A DNA stretch of 62,719 bases from a virus (IMGVR_UViG_3300024187_000009:1-62719), one strand, 5' to 3'. Counted from the first letter of the stretch, positions 27,181 through 37,168 are shown. Translations and numbers: made by a program. The notes: generated from the letters alone by a model not told the origin.

Positions 27181-29046
27181 ATGGGCGGAATCGCAGAGAC
27201 GCTAGCGCATATCGGTAACCGCATGCGGGAGGATCACCTCCTCGATTTGCAGGACCGCATCGCCAAACAGAACAAGTCGCTCGACTTCCTGAGTCAGGCA
27301 TACCAGAATCCGCAGGTTGCGCCTGAGGATCAGGCGGGCATTTTCAACCTACTGCTTGAAACCAGTGGTACTCCAGCGGCCAAGTACGACGCATCGAAGA
27401 CCGCCAAGAAGTTCGCGGATTTGATGGCGCAGTCGCATAATCGCGCCGTAGGACAAGCCGATGAGAATGCGCAGCAGACGCCAGCAAACCTCAAGTTCCA
27501 GATCCCTGGTGGAACTTACGACGCTGGAGGGTTTGAATCTAATCCTCCCTTCGCTGCTCCCCAGCCGCCTCCGGGGATGCCTTCGCTGCCTACGGGAGGA
27601 TTGCCACAGCCTCCAACGCTACGTGCTGGAGCGCCAAACCTAGCTGCTATTCCAGGGGCTCCGACCACTATGGAGTTGCCCGGACTAGCCGCGCCTGATT
27701 CTAGCGTTCCGGGCGCGGTGCAGCCATTTTTTGATCCGATGCGTGCGATTGCGATGCAGGCCAAGCAACTAGAAGCGCTAGCTCCCACGCAAATTGCCAT
27801 CAAGGGGGCGGAAGCGGAGGCGCAGCAACAAGCCGAACTGAGACGGCAGATAGGCGTGTCACAGTTTGAGCACGAAGAAACCAAGAAGCTACTCGACGAA
27901 TACAAGAGTCAAGGAGTCCGCCATACCGTTGAATCTATAGGGTCTAACGGCAAGCTAAGTATCAAGCCCGACCTTGGCCGTCCCATGCCGGGGATGACTT
28001 CCGGGAGTTTCCTCCAGGGTGAACTGGATCAGAATGGGAAGCCGCTTGACCCTGGAGTCTATTACCGTATTCGAGAATTTGCTGATGGAGGCAAAGAATA
28101 CTTTGCCCAACCTTCCGTGAAGGAATCTAAGGTAATGCCTGACGGCAATTCTCCCACCGGATTCTCCTTGGTATGGTACAGCCGGGACGGGAAAGAGGTT
28201 GACCGGACTCCTGGGGCTACGCCTCCTTCGGCTTTCGTGCCGAGCGTGCAGACTCAGATTACTCCTGGATTGCCGCCCACGACCACAACTACGGTTCGTA
28301 AGCTACCGGGCCAAACCGCTGTCGCCGCTCCAGGACAAGGCACAAGCGCTGCGCCTCCAAACCCTCCTGCCGGGGCTGGATTGGGAAGGCCAACGGCTTT
28401 CGGTGCTAGGGTGCAATCAGATTCTTACCCTGCGGCAATTAAACAACGCGCCAAGGCCGTTGCTGACGGTAGCCAGCCAATGCCTACCGACGCCCGTACA
28501 TCTGGGGCGGTGCAGCAGTACATGGCTGAGCATAATTTGCAACTTCCTACTCCCATGACCGCTGCTGGACAGGCAGCGATGGCGCAGGTTGACCCAGTGC
28601 TCCAGGAAGTGCAGGACCTGAAAAAGTTCCTTCAGGACAATAAACTAGAGGGAAATACGCAGCGGGCCTTCTTTGCTCCTAAGTTCCTAAACTATAGAGC
28701 CGGAGGAGATACTCCATACAATGAGTTCTTTACCGGGGCTTCTTTTGAATCTCTGCGTAGCGCTGCCTCCGCGCTCAAGGGAAGCAATTCCAGGGCGATG
28801 CCAATTCTCAATAAGGCGCTAGTCCACACTCCGAATCTGTGGCTAGATTCGCCCAAGAATATCTACGAAAAGCTGGATGCGGTTGAGAAGATCCTGAATC
28901 AATCTAAGGCGTCAATTCTAGCTGACGAAAAAAAGAGCGGCGTAGTTGGTGCTCCGCAAAATACGCCACCGCCTAATCCTCCTGCTGGGTCGGTTGTGCA
29001 TTGGGGTCGTGATGCTCAGGGCAATCCGGTTCCGATACAGCAATAG
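27181..29046 (+). CDS. Internal virion/ejection protein
   Basis: 621 aa; Pro-rich linkers and helical C-terminal domain. Confidence 0.6.
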   Translation: MGGIAETLAHIGNRMREDHLLDLQDRIAKQNKSLDFLSQAYQNPQVAPEDQAGIFNLLLETSGTPAAKYDASKTAKKFADLMAQSHNRAVGQADENAQQTPANLKFQIPGGTYDAGGFESNPPFAAPQPPPGMPSLPTGGLPQPPTLRAGAPNLAAIPGAPTTMELPGLAAPDSSVPGAVQPFFDPMRAIAMQAKQLEALAPTQIAIKGAEAEAQQQAELRRQIGVSQFEHEETKKLLDEYKSQGVRHTVESIGSNGKLSIKPDLGRPMPGMTSGSFLQGELDQNGKPLDPGVYYRIREFADGGKEYFAQPSVKESKVMPDGNSPTGFSLVWYSRDGKEVDRTPGATPPSAFVPSVQTQITPGLPPTTTTTVRKLPGQTAVAAPGQGTSAAPPNPPAGAGLGRPTAFGARVQSDSYPAAIKQRAKAVADGSQPMPTDARTSGAVQQYMAEHNLQLPTPMTAAGQAAMAQVDPVLQEVQDLKKFLQDNKLEGNTQRAFFAPKFLNYRAGGDTPYNEFFTGASFESLRSAASALKGSNSRAMPILNKALVHTPNLWLDSPKNIYEKLDAVEKILNQSKASILADEKKSGVVGAPQNTPPPNPPAGSVVHWGRDAQGNPVPIQQ

Positions 29047-29048
29047 CT

Positions 29049-30572
29049 ATGCCCGATCAGGTCGTTCAATTCGAGGGAACGGAACACCACTTTCCTGACG
29101 ACTTCTCCCAGCAGGACATAGCCAAGGCTCTATCTGCTGCTCATCCTTTGCCGCCTGCCATGAACAAAGTGCCCATTCCTCCGGGACTGGGACAGCCAGA
29201 AGATGAGGGCCTATTTAAGCGTATATATCTCGCTCCTGCAAGAGCACTGACTGAGGACATTCCCAATGCCATCGCGCAGTATACGCGCCCTGGGTTCGAC
29301 GCCAAAGCTGGAGCGACGGCTAAGTTAGCATCTGGACTGGCGACAGCGGCAGCGCCGTTTACTCTACCGGAGGCGGCTATTGCAGCGCCAGCGCTAACGG
29401 CTGCATCTCTTGGAGGGGCTACTTTGGGCGGGGCAGTAGGCCAAGGGGCGGCAGAGGTAGCAGGGCTACCTGAAGGGGCCAGTGAATTAGCAGGAACCCT
29501 GGGAAGTATTGCGGGCGGAGGGTTGCCATCAGCGGTCGAGTTTACAGGAGCAGGTCCACGTCTTCGGGCTGGTTCCAAAGAGGCGCTGGAGCAGATTAGG
29601 AAAGAACTTCCAGAGATCAAGAGGTGGCAAAAATACGGAACCGCTGGTGGATACCTAGCCGGAGGCGGGATAGGACACCCGTTTATTGGTTCTGAGGTAG
29701 GGCTAGCCGCAGGAACAGCAAGGGCCGTTCCGCCGGCATTTCGTGGATTCCGTAAGGGGTTCAGTGGCTACGAACCACCGCTGACCAATCCGATGCCGCC
29801 GCCTCCAGGAACTCCAGCCGCTAGGTTTGTTCCTGGGCAATACGATCTTAAGGTGGCTAATGCTCCAATCGAAGTAGGGGGCGCACATATCCCTGACTAT
29901 AACGGTCCAGTGGCATCTCCGATCCCTCCAGAATTAGCCCCGGCTGGATTAACCGGGACGGAAGGCATCGGCCCCCTTGCCGCTCCTGGTCCGCTAACTA
30001 TCCAAGGATCTCCTGAGATCCCGGCTGTCCTTCCAGGTGGTTCATTACCTGAGCCTCTTGCTAAGGCCGCCGCTACTGGTCAGTCCGGTGCCGTACCAAG
30101 CATTCTAGATGATATTTCTAAGAGCCTTGGAGGAAAGAAGTACAGCAATCTAGGCGAGCATTCGCAGGCCGTAGTGCGGTCTATCGCAGAAAAGATCGAT
30201 CCGCAATCCGCTACGGCTCCAGCGCCAGAAGCCACTCCCGCTAGGCCCGAGCGCGTAACGTACCAGAGCCCATTACCTAAGTCTCAGCAGGAACGCGCGA
30301 TGCAGTGGATGGCTACGCACCAGACCACGAAGAATGCGGCAGTGGGACAGTACTTCATGAAGCAGGGGATCACTCCTGAGGATATCGCCAAGATGAGCGA
30401 TGCGGAGTTCGATTCGCATGTAACTAAAGTAAAGAGCCCACTCACTGGTAAGCCCTATGAGCCATCCAGAGGCGTTCATTTAAGCCGAGAAAAATCGGAA
30501 GCGCGCAATGACGTAATGAACTACATGCGCGGAGCCAACCCCATCAACGCCAAACCAATCCCACCAAAATAA
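29049..30572 (+). CDS. Internal virion/ejection protein
   Basis: VQFEGTEHHFPDDFSQQDIAKAL N-terminal motif; Gly/Ala hydrophobic segments. Confidence 0.6.
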   Translation: MPDQVVQFEGTEHHFPDDFSQQDIAKALSAAHPLPPAMNKVPIPPGLGQPEDEGLFKRIYLAPARALTEDIPNAIAQYTRPGFDAKAGATAKLASGLATAAAPFTLPEAAIAAPALTAASLGGATLGGAVGQGAAEVAGLPEGASELAGTLGSIAGGGLPSAVEFTGAGPRLRAGSKEALEQIRKELPEIKRWQKYGTAGGYLAGGGIGHPFIGSEVGLAAGTARAVPPAFRGFRKGFSGYEPPLTNPMPPPPGTPAARFVPGQYDLKVANAPIEVGGAHIPDYNGPVASPIPPELAPAGLTGTEGIGPLAAPGPLTIQGSPEIPAVLPGGSLPEPLAKAAATGQSGAVPSILDDISKSLGGKKYSNLGEHSQAVVRSIAEKIDPQSATAPAPEATPARPERVTYQSPLPKSQQERAMQWMATHQTTKNAAVGQYFMKQGITPEDIAKMSDAEFDSHVTKVKSPLTGKPYEPSRGVHLSREKSEARNDVMNYMRGANPINAKPIPPK

Positions 30573-30610
30573 CCGTTGCGTTCACCGCGTTCGGAAAATA
30601 AAAATAAGCC

Positions 30611-30650
30611 TTGCGTTAAACAGTGTCACTAGTTTACACTAATGTTTAAC
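30611..30650 (+). promoter_or_regulatory. Promoter TTGCGT-N18-TACACT overlapped by an inverted repeat
   Basis: IR GTTAAACAGTGT...ACACTAATGTTTAAC at 30615-30650; A-rich upstream tract. Confidence 0.55.
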
Positions 30651-31097
30651 GTGCCAGGGATAGACTTAGAAAAGCAGGTCGCCGCGCACAATAAGGTGCA
30701 AGAGGCTATCAGGTCGGGCAGGCTGAAGCCGCCAAACGGGTGCTCCAACTGTGGAAAGAAAACTACCAAAATACATGCGCATCATTCCAACTACGACCAT
30801 CCTCTAAGGGTGGTTTGGCTATGCTTTAGTTGCCATAGGACCCTGCACTCCTTGGCTATATTTTCAGCATGGAAAAAGGGCGCTTACCCCCATGGGGATA
30901 TTGATAGATTCAGGTGGCTACGCAAGAATCGCGGAATCTTAACAAAGATAGCGGAGGCTACTGGATACAAGAGGACCATGGTCAGTTTAGTATTTAACAA
31001 GCGTCGCAGTTCTTCTGATGGAAGCATAGAAGAAGAACTGAAACGACTAGATGCTCCCGGATGGAACATTTCAAAGAAGCCAATCAAGAAAGCATGA
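30642..31097 (+). CDS. HNH-like zinc-binding domain fused to a C-terminal HTH
   Basis: CSNC...HAHHSNYDHPLRVVWLCFSCH, then ILTKIAEATGYKRTMVSLVFN. Confidence 0.75.
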   Translation: MFNVPGIDLEKQVAAHNKVQEAIRSGRLKPPNGCSNCGKKTTKIHAHHSNYDHPLRVVWLCFSCHRTLHSLAIFSAWKKGAYPHGDIDRFRWLRKNRGILTKIAEATGYKRTMVSLVFNKRRSSSDGSIEEELKRLDAPGWNISKKPIKKA

Positions 31098-32218
31098 CCC
31101 AAAAGCCCCTGCTGTTCCTATCTGATTCTCCTTCGCTCCAGACCGGCCTTGCTCGTATCGGTCGCGGCCTAGCCTGCCTTGCTGCGGAACTGCCAGAGTT
31201 TCGCGTAGGCTACCTCGGTCGCGGCGGCATAGCATCTCGCCAAATCCCGATCACGCAGTACACGTTCCCCGAGTCTGACGGCTTCGGCAACGAGGCGCTG
31301 ATCGACCACGTATGGCGCGACTTCAGCAGAGACGGCGACGGGATTATTTTTGTCATCAACGATGCCGCTAGGAATCGCTGGCTGTCTCGCGGTAGTTGGC
31401 TAGCCAAGAGACGCGACAAGGTAGAAATTTGGTCCTATTGTCCCGTGGACGCGATCACGCCGGGAGGTGGGCTATCGCCTATCGAGCGCGATGCGCTGCT
31501 GGGCTACAACCGCGTGCTGGCCTATGGGCCATTCGGCGCGAACGCGCTGAGCCTTACGCTGCAATCCGAGATTGACTGGATACCTCACGGTATCTCTACT
31601 GGCGTGTTCCAGCCACGCGACAGACAGGCTGCACGTATCGCCTTGCAGATGGACGAGCGCGATAAGGTGGTCGGATGCGTCATGACCAACCAGTTGCGCA
31701 AGGATTGGGCCGTAGCGATTAAGGCAATCTCGCTGCTACCGAGCGACTGGAGAGCATGGCTGCACGTAGACGTGCTGGAGCGCCACTGGTCGCTGCCTGC
31801 GCTGATCGATGAGTACGGTGTGCAGGATCGCATCAAGGTGACGATGACGGGCGACATGAACGATACGGAACTGTCGTATGCCTATAGCGCGTGCAATGTA
31901 ACCATGCTGCCGAGTGCCGAAGGGTGGGGTTTCCCTATCGCGGAATCGCTAGCCTGCGGAACGCCTGTAGTGCATAGCGAATATGCAGGCGGCAACTGGA
32001 ACCTGCCGACCGTGCGCTACATTAAGCCTGCGGATTATCGCGTCGAGGGTACGTTCAACGCGCAGCGGCCTATCTTCAAGGCCGAGGAATTCGCAGAAGC
32101 CGTGCAGGGATTCAAGCAGAAGCGCGAGGAGTGCATGGCATCAGTCCAGCATTTGGCATGGAAGCCGCTATGGGATGGGTGCTGGAAAAAGTGGTTCTTG
32201 AAAGGGGTCGGGAAGTGA
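31094..32218 (+). CDS. Glycosyltransferase, GT-B fold (GT4-like)
   Basis: SDSP...TGLARI; WIPHG; NQLRKD; PSAEGWGFPIAESLACGTPVV (EX7E). Confidence 0.9.
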   Translation: MTQKPLLFLSDSPSLQTGLARIGRGLACLAAELPEFRVGYLGRGGIASRQIPITQYTFPESDGFGNEALIDHVWRDFSRDGDGIIFVINDAARNRWLSRGSWLAKRRDKVEIWSYCPVDAITPGGGLSPIERDALLGYNRVLAYGPFGANALSLTLQSEIDWIPHGISTGVFQPRDRQAARIALQMDERDKVVGCVMTNQLRKDWAVAIKAISLLPSDWRAWLHVDVLERHWSLPALIDEYGVQDRIKVTMTGDMNDTELSYAYSACNVTMLPSAEGWGFPIAESLACGTPVVHSEYAGGNWNLPTVRYIKPADYRVEGTFNAQRPIFKAEEFAEAVQGFKQKREECMASVQHLAWKPLWDGCWKKWFLKGVGK

Positions 32219-32943
32219 TCGCCGTAACCGCCAGTATCAGCGCACAAAACGCCTTACGATGGAGTGATCGCATCCAGAAGCACGATCCACTGATGATTTG
32301 CGATGCCTACAATAACAATCCGAATATCGGCCTCGTAGCGGCGTATCAATCTGAATACGAAAAAGCAAAAGGCATCACACTGTGGGAACAAAATATAAAC
32401 ATCATTGCTTTCACTCACGATGACTGGGAGCCGCACGAACCTTGGGTTGCCCGTATCGAGTCCGAGTTCGCAGATCCCAAGGTAGCTATCGTCGGCATGG
32501 GCGGAGCTAAGGGAATCGGCGTTGCCGATATCTACAAGACGCCGTACCAGATCCAGCAGCTTCAGCGTATCGAGTATCGCTCGAATCAAACGGACTGGGA
32601 GATTCACGGCGCAAGGGAAACCGGAGCGTGCGATGTGGCCGTGGTTGATGGCTTCTTCATGGCAGTACGCACGTCGTTCCTAGATCAGATCGGCGGCTGG
32701 AAATGGTTCCCGCATCGCTTCCATATGTACGACGTGGCGCTCTGCCTGATGGCGCATCGCCACGGCTGGAAGGTGCGGATGGTAGGCATAAACTGCACGC
32801 ATCACGGTGGGGGAACGAGCACCACTGCGGATTACGTGCAGGATTGCAAGGATCGCGGCACCAGCGTAGAGCGCGAGCATACCGAACCGCATGTGTGGTG
32901 CTACAACGAGTTTAGGGACGCGTTGCCGTTACGGGTGATGTGA
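32215..32943 (+). CDS. Glycosyltransferase, GT-A fold (GT2-like)
   Basis: FTHDD; VVDGFFMAVR; FHMYDVALCL; HHGG. Confidence 0.85.
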   Translation: MIAVTASISAQNALRWSDRIQKHDPLMICDAYNNNPNIGLVAAYQSEYEKAKGITLWEQNINIIAFTHDDWEPHEPWVARIESEFADPKVAIVGMGGAKGIGVADIYKTPYQIQQLQRIEYRSNQTDWEIHGARETGACDVAVVDGFFMAVRTSFLDQIGGWKWFPHRFHMYDVALCLMAHRHGWKVRMVGINCTHHGGGTSTTADYVQDCKDRGTSVEREHTEPHVWCYNEFRDALPLRVM

Positions 32944-33101
32944 TGGGATACCCCTGCATGATTTGCGGAACCAAAGAAGACACCATACAGTGTGTGCGTT
33001 GCCCACGTTCAGTCTGCCCTCGCCATGCGGTAAAGGTGCTAAGCGAGGTGCTGTGTCCAAGGTGTGCGCGGCTAGAACTGGATGAGTTTAAGGATGGTTA
33101 A
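32943..33101 (+). CDS. 52-aa B-box-like zinc-finger protein
   Basis: CMIC...CVRCPRSVCPRH...LCPRC; coupled on both sides. Confidence 0.6.
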   Translation: MGYPCMICGTKEDTIQCVRCPRSVCPRHAVKVLSEVLCPRCARLELDEFKDG

Positions 33102-33774
33102 CATCGTACTGCTGGTTAAGGATCGCCCGCGTCTAACGGCCCAGTGCCTAGAGACGCTGTACGCGAACACTCCGCCAGATCAGTTCAATCTTACGTGTGT
33201 AGATGATGGAAGCAAGCCGGAAACGTGGGAGCAGATCGATTTCAATCTACGGTTGAGCATGAACGTAATCCGGCTTACTCCTGGTATCGGCATCGTGGGC
33301 TGGCTCCGCAACGTAGGCGCGTCTGCCAGTGAGCGATACTTCGGACGCGGGGAATGGCTGTATTTTAGTGATTGCGACGTGGCTTTCTTCTCGAACTGGC
33401 TACAGAAAATGAAGATGGTGGCTGAATCAGGAGGTCCTGAGATATTGGGTGGGTGCCGTCATCCGTTCCATGGAGTGAATCTGGAGTATCCGGTAGGTAG
33501 TCGCTTCGGTTGGCAGTCTACCGATGCTGTCGCCGGTTATTCGCTTCTGATGCGCTGGAGTACGTTCGATAAGTATGGTCCGTTCTCTGACAATCAGAAG
33601 GGCGTTGGAGCCTCAGAAGATTTTGCTATGTGCCGCAAGATCGTGGATGACGGCGGCAAAGTGGGATACATTCATCCTCCCGTGCTAGCGCATACCGGTA
33701 TAACCAACACTGACGGTAAGCCAGCTACGGGTGCTGATTCCTTCAAGAAAGTCGCAGGCGTGTTGTATGAGTAG
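33094..33774 (+). CDS. Glycosyltransferase family 2
   Basis: CVDDGS; LRNVGA; FSDCD (DXD); SEDFAMC. Confidence 0.9.
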   Translation: MVNIVLLVKDRPRLTAQCLETLYANTPPDQFNLTCVDDGSKPETWEQIDFNLRLSMNVIRLTPGIGIVGWLRNVGASASERYFGRGEWLYFSDCDVAFFSNWLQKMKMVAESGGPEILGGCRHPFHGVNLEYPVGSRFGWQSTDAVAGYSLLMRWSTFDKYGPFSDNQKGVGASEDFAMCRKIVDDGGKVGYIHPPVLAHTGITNTDGKPATGADSFKKVAGVLYE

Positions 33775-34225
33775 GGCTATTAACCTACCAATGGATAGAG
33801 TGTTCGAGATGTATGAGGAAGGCTGCTCCATGAGAGAAATAGGAAAGCGCCTCGGAGTGAACGCGCAGACGGTTTGCAACTACATGCGCAAGGAAGGGAT
33901 TACAGCTAGGCGTCCTGGACAGGCAGGCCATCATTTTGGAGAACATCATCACAATTGGAAGGGCGACAAGGCTAGTCGTTCTGCTCTACATTTTCGCATA
34001 GACAGGCTATACGGAAAACCTAAGAAGTGCTCCACTTGCGGGACTACGGACCCATCTAAGATTTATGAGTGGGCAAATTTAACTGGAAAATACGCCGATC
34101 CCTTGGATTACAAGCGTATGTGTAGGTCGTGCCATCGTACTTACGATCACGCTCGATGCAGAGATACGGGTCGGTATACTTCCCCTGGGTTTAAGCACAA
34201 GCGCTATAGAGGTGTTGCCAAATGA
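33767..34225 (+). CDS. HTH + HNH-like homing endonuclease
   Basis: SMREIGKRLGV HTH; HHNWKGD; CSTC...YEWANLTGKY...YKRMCRSCH. Confidence 0.8.
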   Translation: MSRAINLPMDRVFEMYEEGCSMREIGKRLGVNAQTVCNYMRKEGITARRPGQAGHHFGEHHHNWKGDKASRSALHFRIDRLYGKPKKCSTCGTTDPSKIYEWANLTGKYADPLDYKRMCRSCHRTYDHARCRDTGRYTSPGFKHKRYRGVAK

Positions 34226-34860
34226 ATAGAGGCACGCCCGAGTACGTCGAATCCTGCCAGCGCGTGAAGGTCGGCTACTTCACTGAGTCCGATCTGCACA
34301 TGGACATCAAAGGCATCATACACGTCGGATGTAACGACGGCTATGAGATGCACCACTACAAGCTCATGGGCATAACCAACCTAATCGGGGTAGACCCGCT
34401 GCCTTTGGCCTGCCAAAAATTCCGCCATTTACTGCCTGAAATCCCTCTCTACGAATGTGCCCTGAGCGACGAGCCGGGGAAAGCCATGCTCAACGTCGTC
34501 ACACCCGGCGATGGACAGGGCTCCTCCCTGCTAGTCGAATGCCGCCCTAACCCCGATTACGATTACAACACCCGGATCGAGGTCGAGGTTAGGCGCGGCG
34601 ATTCCCTGCCGCTAGTGTGGGAACTCTACGACTGCCTGGTGGTAGACGTACAGGGACTGGAGTTGCCCGTACTCAAGGGCTTCGGGGAAAAGCTCAAGTG
34701 GTTCAAGATGCTCAACATCGAGTGTAGCGCCGTGCCAGTGTACGAAGGCGGTGTGCCTGCCAGCGAGGTTGATTTGTACCTGAACTGGCAAGGCTTCATT
34801 AGGATGACGGAGATACCTGAGCACGACGACATCCTCTTCGTCAGGAAGGACTGTTTATGA
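34222..34860 (+). CDS. FkbM-family methyltransferase
   Basis: IIHVGCNDG; SSLL; LVVDVQGLELPVLKG. Confidence 0.9.
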   Translation: MNRGTPEYVESCQRVKVGYFTESDLHMDIKGIIHVGCNDGYEMHHYKLMGITNLIGVDPLPLACQKFRHLLPEIPLYECALSDEPGKAMLNVVTPGDGQGSSLLVECRPNPDYDYNTRIEVEVRRGDSLPLVWELYDCLVVDVQGLELPVLKGFGEKLKWFKMLNIECSAVPVYEGGVPASEVDLYLNWQGFIRMTEIPEHDDILFVRKDCL

Positions 34861-35312
34861 AGAACGTGCCTTTCCGTGCATCGGTTAAGAAAGTTAAAAG
34901 CCTTTACGCAAAGGGAATGAGCATGAAGGCGGTCGGTAAGATCTTTGGGGTGGATGCCACCTCTATTTGCAAGTTCATGAAGAACAATGGCATCGCCGCT
35001 CGCCGTCCCGGTCAATTGGGGCATCATTGGGGACCAGATCACGTCAACTGGAAAGGTGACAAGGCTGGCTATCTTGGTTTCCACAGAAGGCTTGACCGCA
35101 AGTTCGGAAAGATAGCCAAGTGTTCCGTATGCGGAATGGACGATCCAAGGCGATGGTACGAGTGGGCTAACCTAACCGGAAATTATCACGACATCAGAGA
35201 CTACAAGAGAATGTGCCGATCCTGTCATTTTAAGTACGACGGTAAACGCCGCAAGGCTACTGGGAAACGTACCTCTCCTCTTGGGAAACGGGTGCGGAAA
35301 GATTGCTTATGA
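34857..35312 (+). CDS. HTH + HNH-like homing endonuclease (paralog of 33767..34225)
   Basis: Shares ARRPGQ.GHH, NWKGDKA, YEWANLTG, DYKRMCRSCH. Confidence 0.8.
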   Translation: MKNVPFRASVKKVKSLYAKGMSMKAVGKIFGVDATSICKFMKNNGIAARRPGQLGHHWGPDHVNWKGDKAGYLGFHRRLDRKFGKIAKCSVCGMDDPRRWYEWANLTGNYHDIRDYKRMCRSCHFKYDGKRRKATGKRTSPLGKRVRKDCL

Positions 35313-35464
35313 AATGCCCCTCTGACGGTGGTTCCCATAACTGGGTATGGCTGCGTCAGGTAAAAAACGAAATTCCTCCTGATCCTGACCGCCCCTTGCG
35401 TGACCGCGAATGGGATATTTTTTATTGCTCAAAGTGCTTAGAAAAGAAAGGCGTTCCTTCGTGA
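35309..35464 (+). CDS. 51-aa C-H-C-C zinc-binding protein
   Basis: MKCPSDGGSHNWVWLRQ...WDIFYCSKCL; homologous to the C-terminus of 59671..59949. Confidence 0.6.
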   Translation: MKCPSDGGSHNWVWLRQVKNEIPPDPDRPLRDREWDIFYCSKCLEKKGVPS

Positions 35465-36174
35465 TCCCCACGTTTAGCCTCTGCCATTCTACGGCGAGAC
35501 TTCCGAATGGTTGGCGTGCTGCCTACGATTGCTGGAAAGAGCGCTGCGACGATTGGAGTAAGGTCGAGTACATCCTAGGGATTGATCGAGCCGATATTCC
35601 ATTGATCTATCCAGACACAGCGGGATACATGCTGCTTTCCTTCGATTATGCGTATGAAGGTATCCCCGTTGCTGTTAACGAAGGTCGCCAATGCGCCGTT
35701 GACGGATGGAATGCCGCTGGTCGCAAGGCCACGGGCCGATTCCTCATCACCGCCGCCGATGATATGTTCCCGCCTGAACATTGGGATACCGAACTGCTCA
35801 AGGCGATCCCCTCGCTCGATGGCGAGTACGCGCTTGAGGTAAAGAGCGGCACGTCGCCTCCTGACGATGAGTGGATGCGCTGCATGATACACTCGTTCAT
35901 CACCAGGCCGTACTACGAGCGCATCGGGAACTTTTTCTACCCTGAATACCCCGGATACTACGCGGATATAGACTTCACCGACATGGCACGGCGCGATGGC
36001 GTTGTAGTTGACGCGCGGCACCTCACTTTCCAGCATCGCCACTGGATCGGGACGAACGTAGAGCGGGATGCGATCTATGATCGGCAGGACTCGGAGGCGA
36101 ATCGCACGCTGGGCATGTCGATCCTGGGAACTCGGCGCATCAACAACTTCAAGGGAGGCAATCGCCTGCCATGA
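35461..36174 (+). CDS. Glycosyltransferase, GT-A fold (GT2-like)
   Basis: GWNAAG...ITAADDMFPPEHWD; FYPEYPGYYADID; FQHRHW. Confidence 0.8.
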   Translation: MIPTFSLCHSTARLPNGWRAAYDCWKERCDDWSKVEYILGIDRADIPLIYPDTAGYMLLSFDYAYEGIPVAVNEGRQCAVDGWNAAGRKATGRFLITAADDMFPPEHWDTELLKAIPSLDGEYALEVKSGTSPPDDEWMRCMIHSFITRPYYERIGNFFYPEYPGYYADIDFTDMARRDGVVVDARHLTFQHRHWIGTNVERDAIYDRQDSEANRTLGMSILGTRRINNFKGGNRLP

Positions 36175-36344
36175 AGGCTATTGGGATGTTCTTGTCAGGG
36201 TGGGCATTGTTCACTCTCTTCATGTTTTTCTGGATCTGGATGTTCACGGGAACCATAGAGATCCGCAAGACGTTGCTATTCACTAGCGGCCTATCGGTAT
36301 TTGCTTACCTAGGGTTCAGGTGGGTTAACTGGAGCCTTGAATGA
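36171..36344 (+). CDS. 57-aa two-TM membrane protein
   Basis: Hand translation MKAIGMFLSGWALFTLFMFFWIWMF...; ATGA coupling on both sides. Confidence 0.55.
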   Translation: MKAIGMFLSGWALFTLFMFFWIWMFTGTIEIRKTLLFTSGLSVFAYLGFRWVNWSLE

Positions 36345-37006
36345 GATGCGTCGTGAGCGTTGCTACCGGCCCGCATTACGTGGCGAACCTAGAGCGTCTT
36401 GTTAGTTCCGCATTGCTTCGCAGCAATGACGAAAAGTGTATCTTTTGGCGCAACGAACTCCCTGCTGGATCTCCTACCCATGCCGAGAATCCCTATGCCT
36501 TCAAGATCTACGCCATCGAGGAAGCGGTACGCCAAGGCGCTACATCCATTCTATGGATGGACAGCAGCGTGGTCATCCTCAAGCCGCTGGAGCCGCTATG
36601 GGAACTGATCGAGCGGAAGGGCTACTGGTTCAGCAGGAACTACGGCTACAACAACGCGCAGTTCACCAGCGATGAAGCGCTGAGAATAATGGATACAACA
36701 CGTCACGACGCCAAGCAGGTATCGCATGTAGTAGCAAGTTGCTTCGGGCTAAATATGCGTAGCCCTGTGGCGAAGCAGTTCTTGGAAGAATGGAAGTTCT
36801 TTGCTTCCCATGGTGCATTTAAGGGCGACCGTGGGGACCTTAGCGGCGGTAACGATCCTGATAAGTTCTATGGGCATCGCAACGACCAAAGCGTAGCATC
36901 ACAGGTATGCTTCTGGATGGAGATGGATCTGACCGACCCGCCCGATTACTTCGCAGAGCAGGGCGCGCCGCAGAACGAGCGGACTATTTTGACCTTGGAG
37001 AGATGA
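36341..37006 (+). CDS. Nucleotide-diphospho-sugar transferase-like protein (GT-A)
   Basis: YAFKIY; ILWMDSS; GHRNDQSVAS motif. Confidence 0.7.
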   Translation: MRCVVSVATGPHYVANLERLVSSALLRSNDEKCIFWRNELPAGSPTHAENPYAFKIYAIEEAVRQGATSILWMDSSVVILKPLEPLWELIERKGYWFSRNYGYNNAQFTSDEALRIMDTTRHDAKQVSHVVASCFGLNMRSPVAKQFLEEWKFFASHGAFKGDRGDLSGGNDPDKFYGHRNDQSVASQVCFWMEMDLTDPPDYFAEQGAPQNERTILTLER

Positions 37007-37168
37007 TGGAATTAAGTTTATATTGGTGCCCTGTATGTAAATCCGTAGTGTTGGACAACATGCCAGCATTACACACTTGCGGGTACGTGTTGGGTGCTCC
37101 GATGAAGAAGGTTCAACTACTAAAGGGCAGAGGTCACGATGAAATAGAGCTACGAATACAGGAAGAAG

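Noticed and set aside
33750-34235. Recoded duplication around the first HTH-HNH gene
   Set aside because: Only a weak resemblance (GV, ATGAxTAG) that cannot be distinguished from chance.
33767-35312. HNH genes as intron-encoded or RNA-guided (IscB/Cas9-like) nucleases
   Set aside because: They are only ~150 aa, have no RuvC motifs, and overlap neighbouring ORFs, leaving no room for intron cores or guide RNAs.
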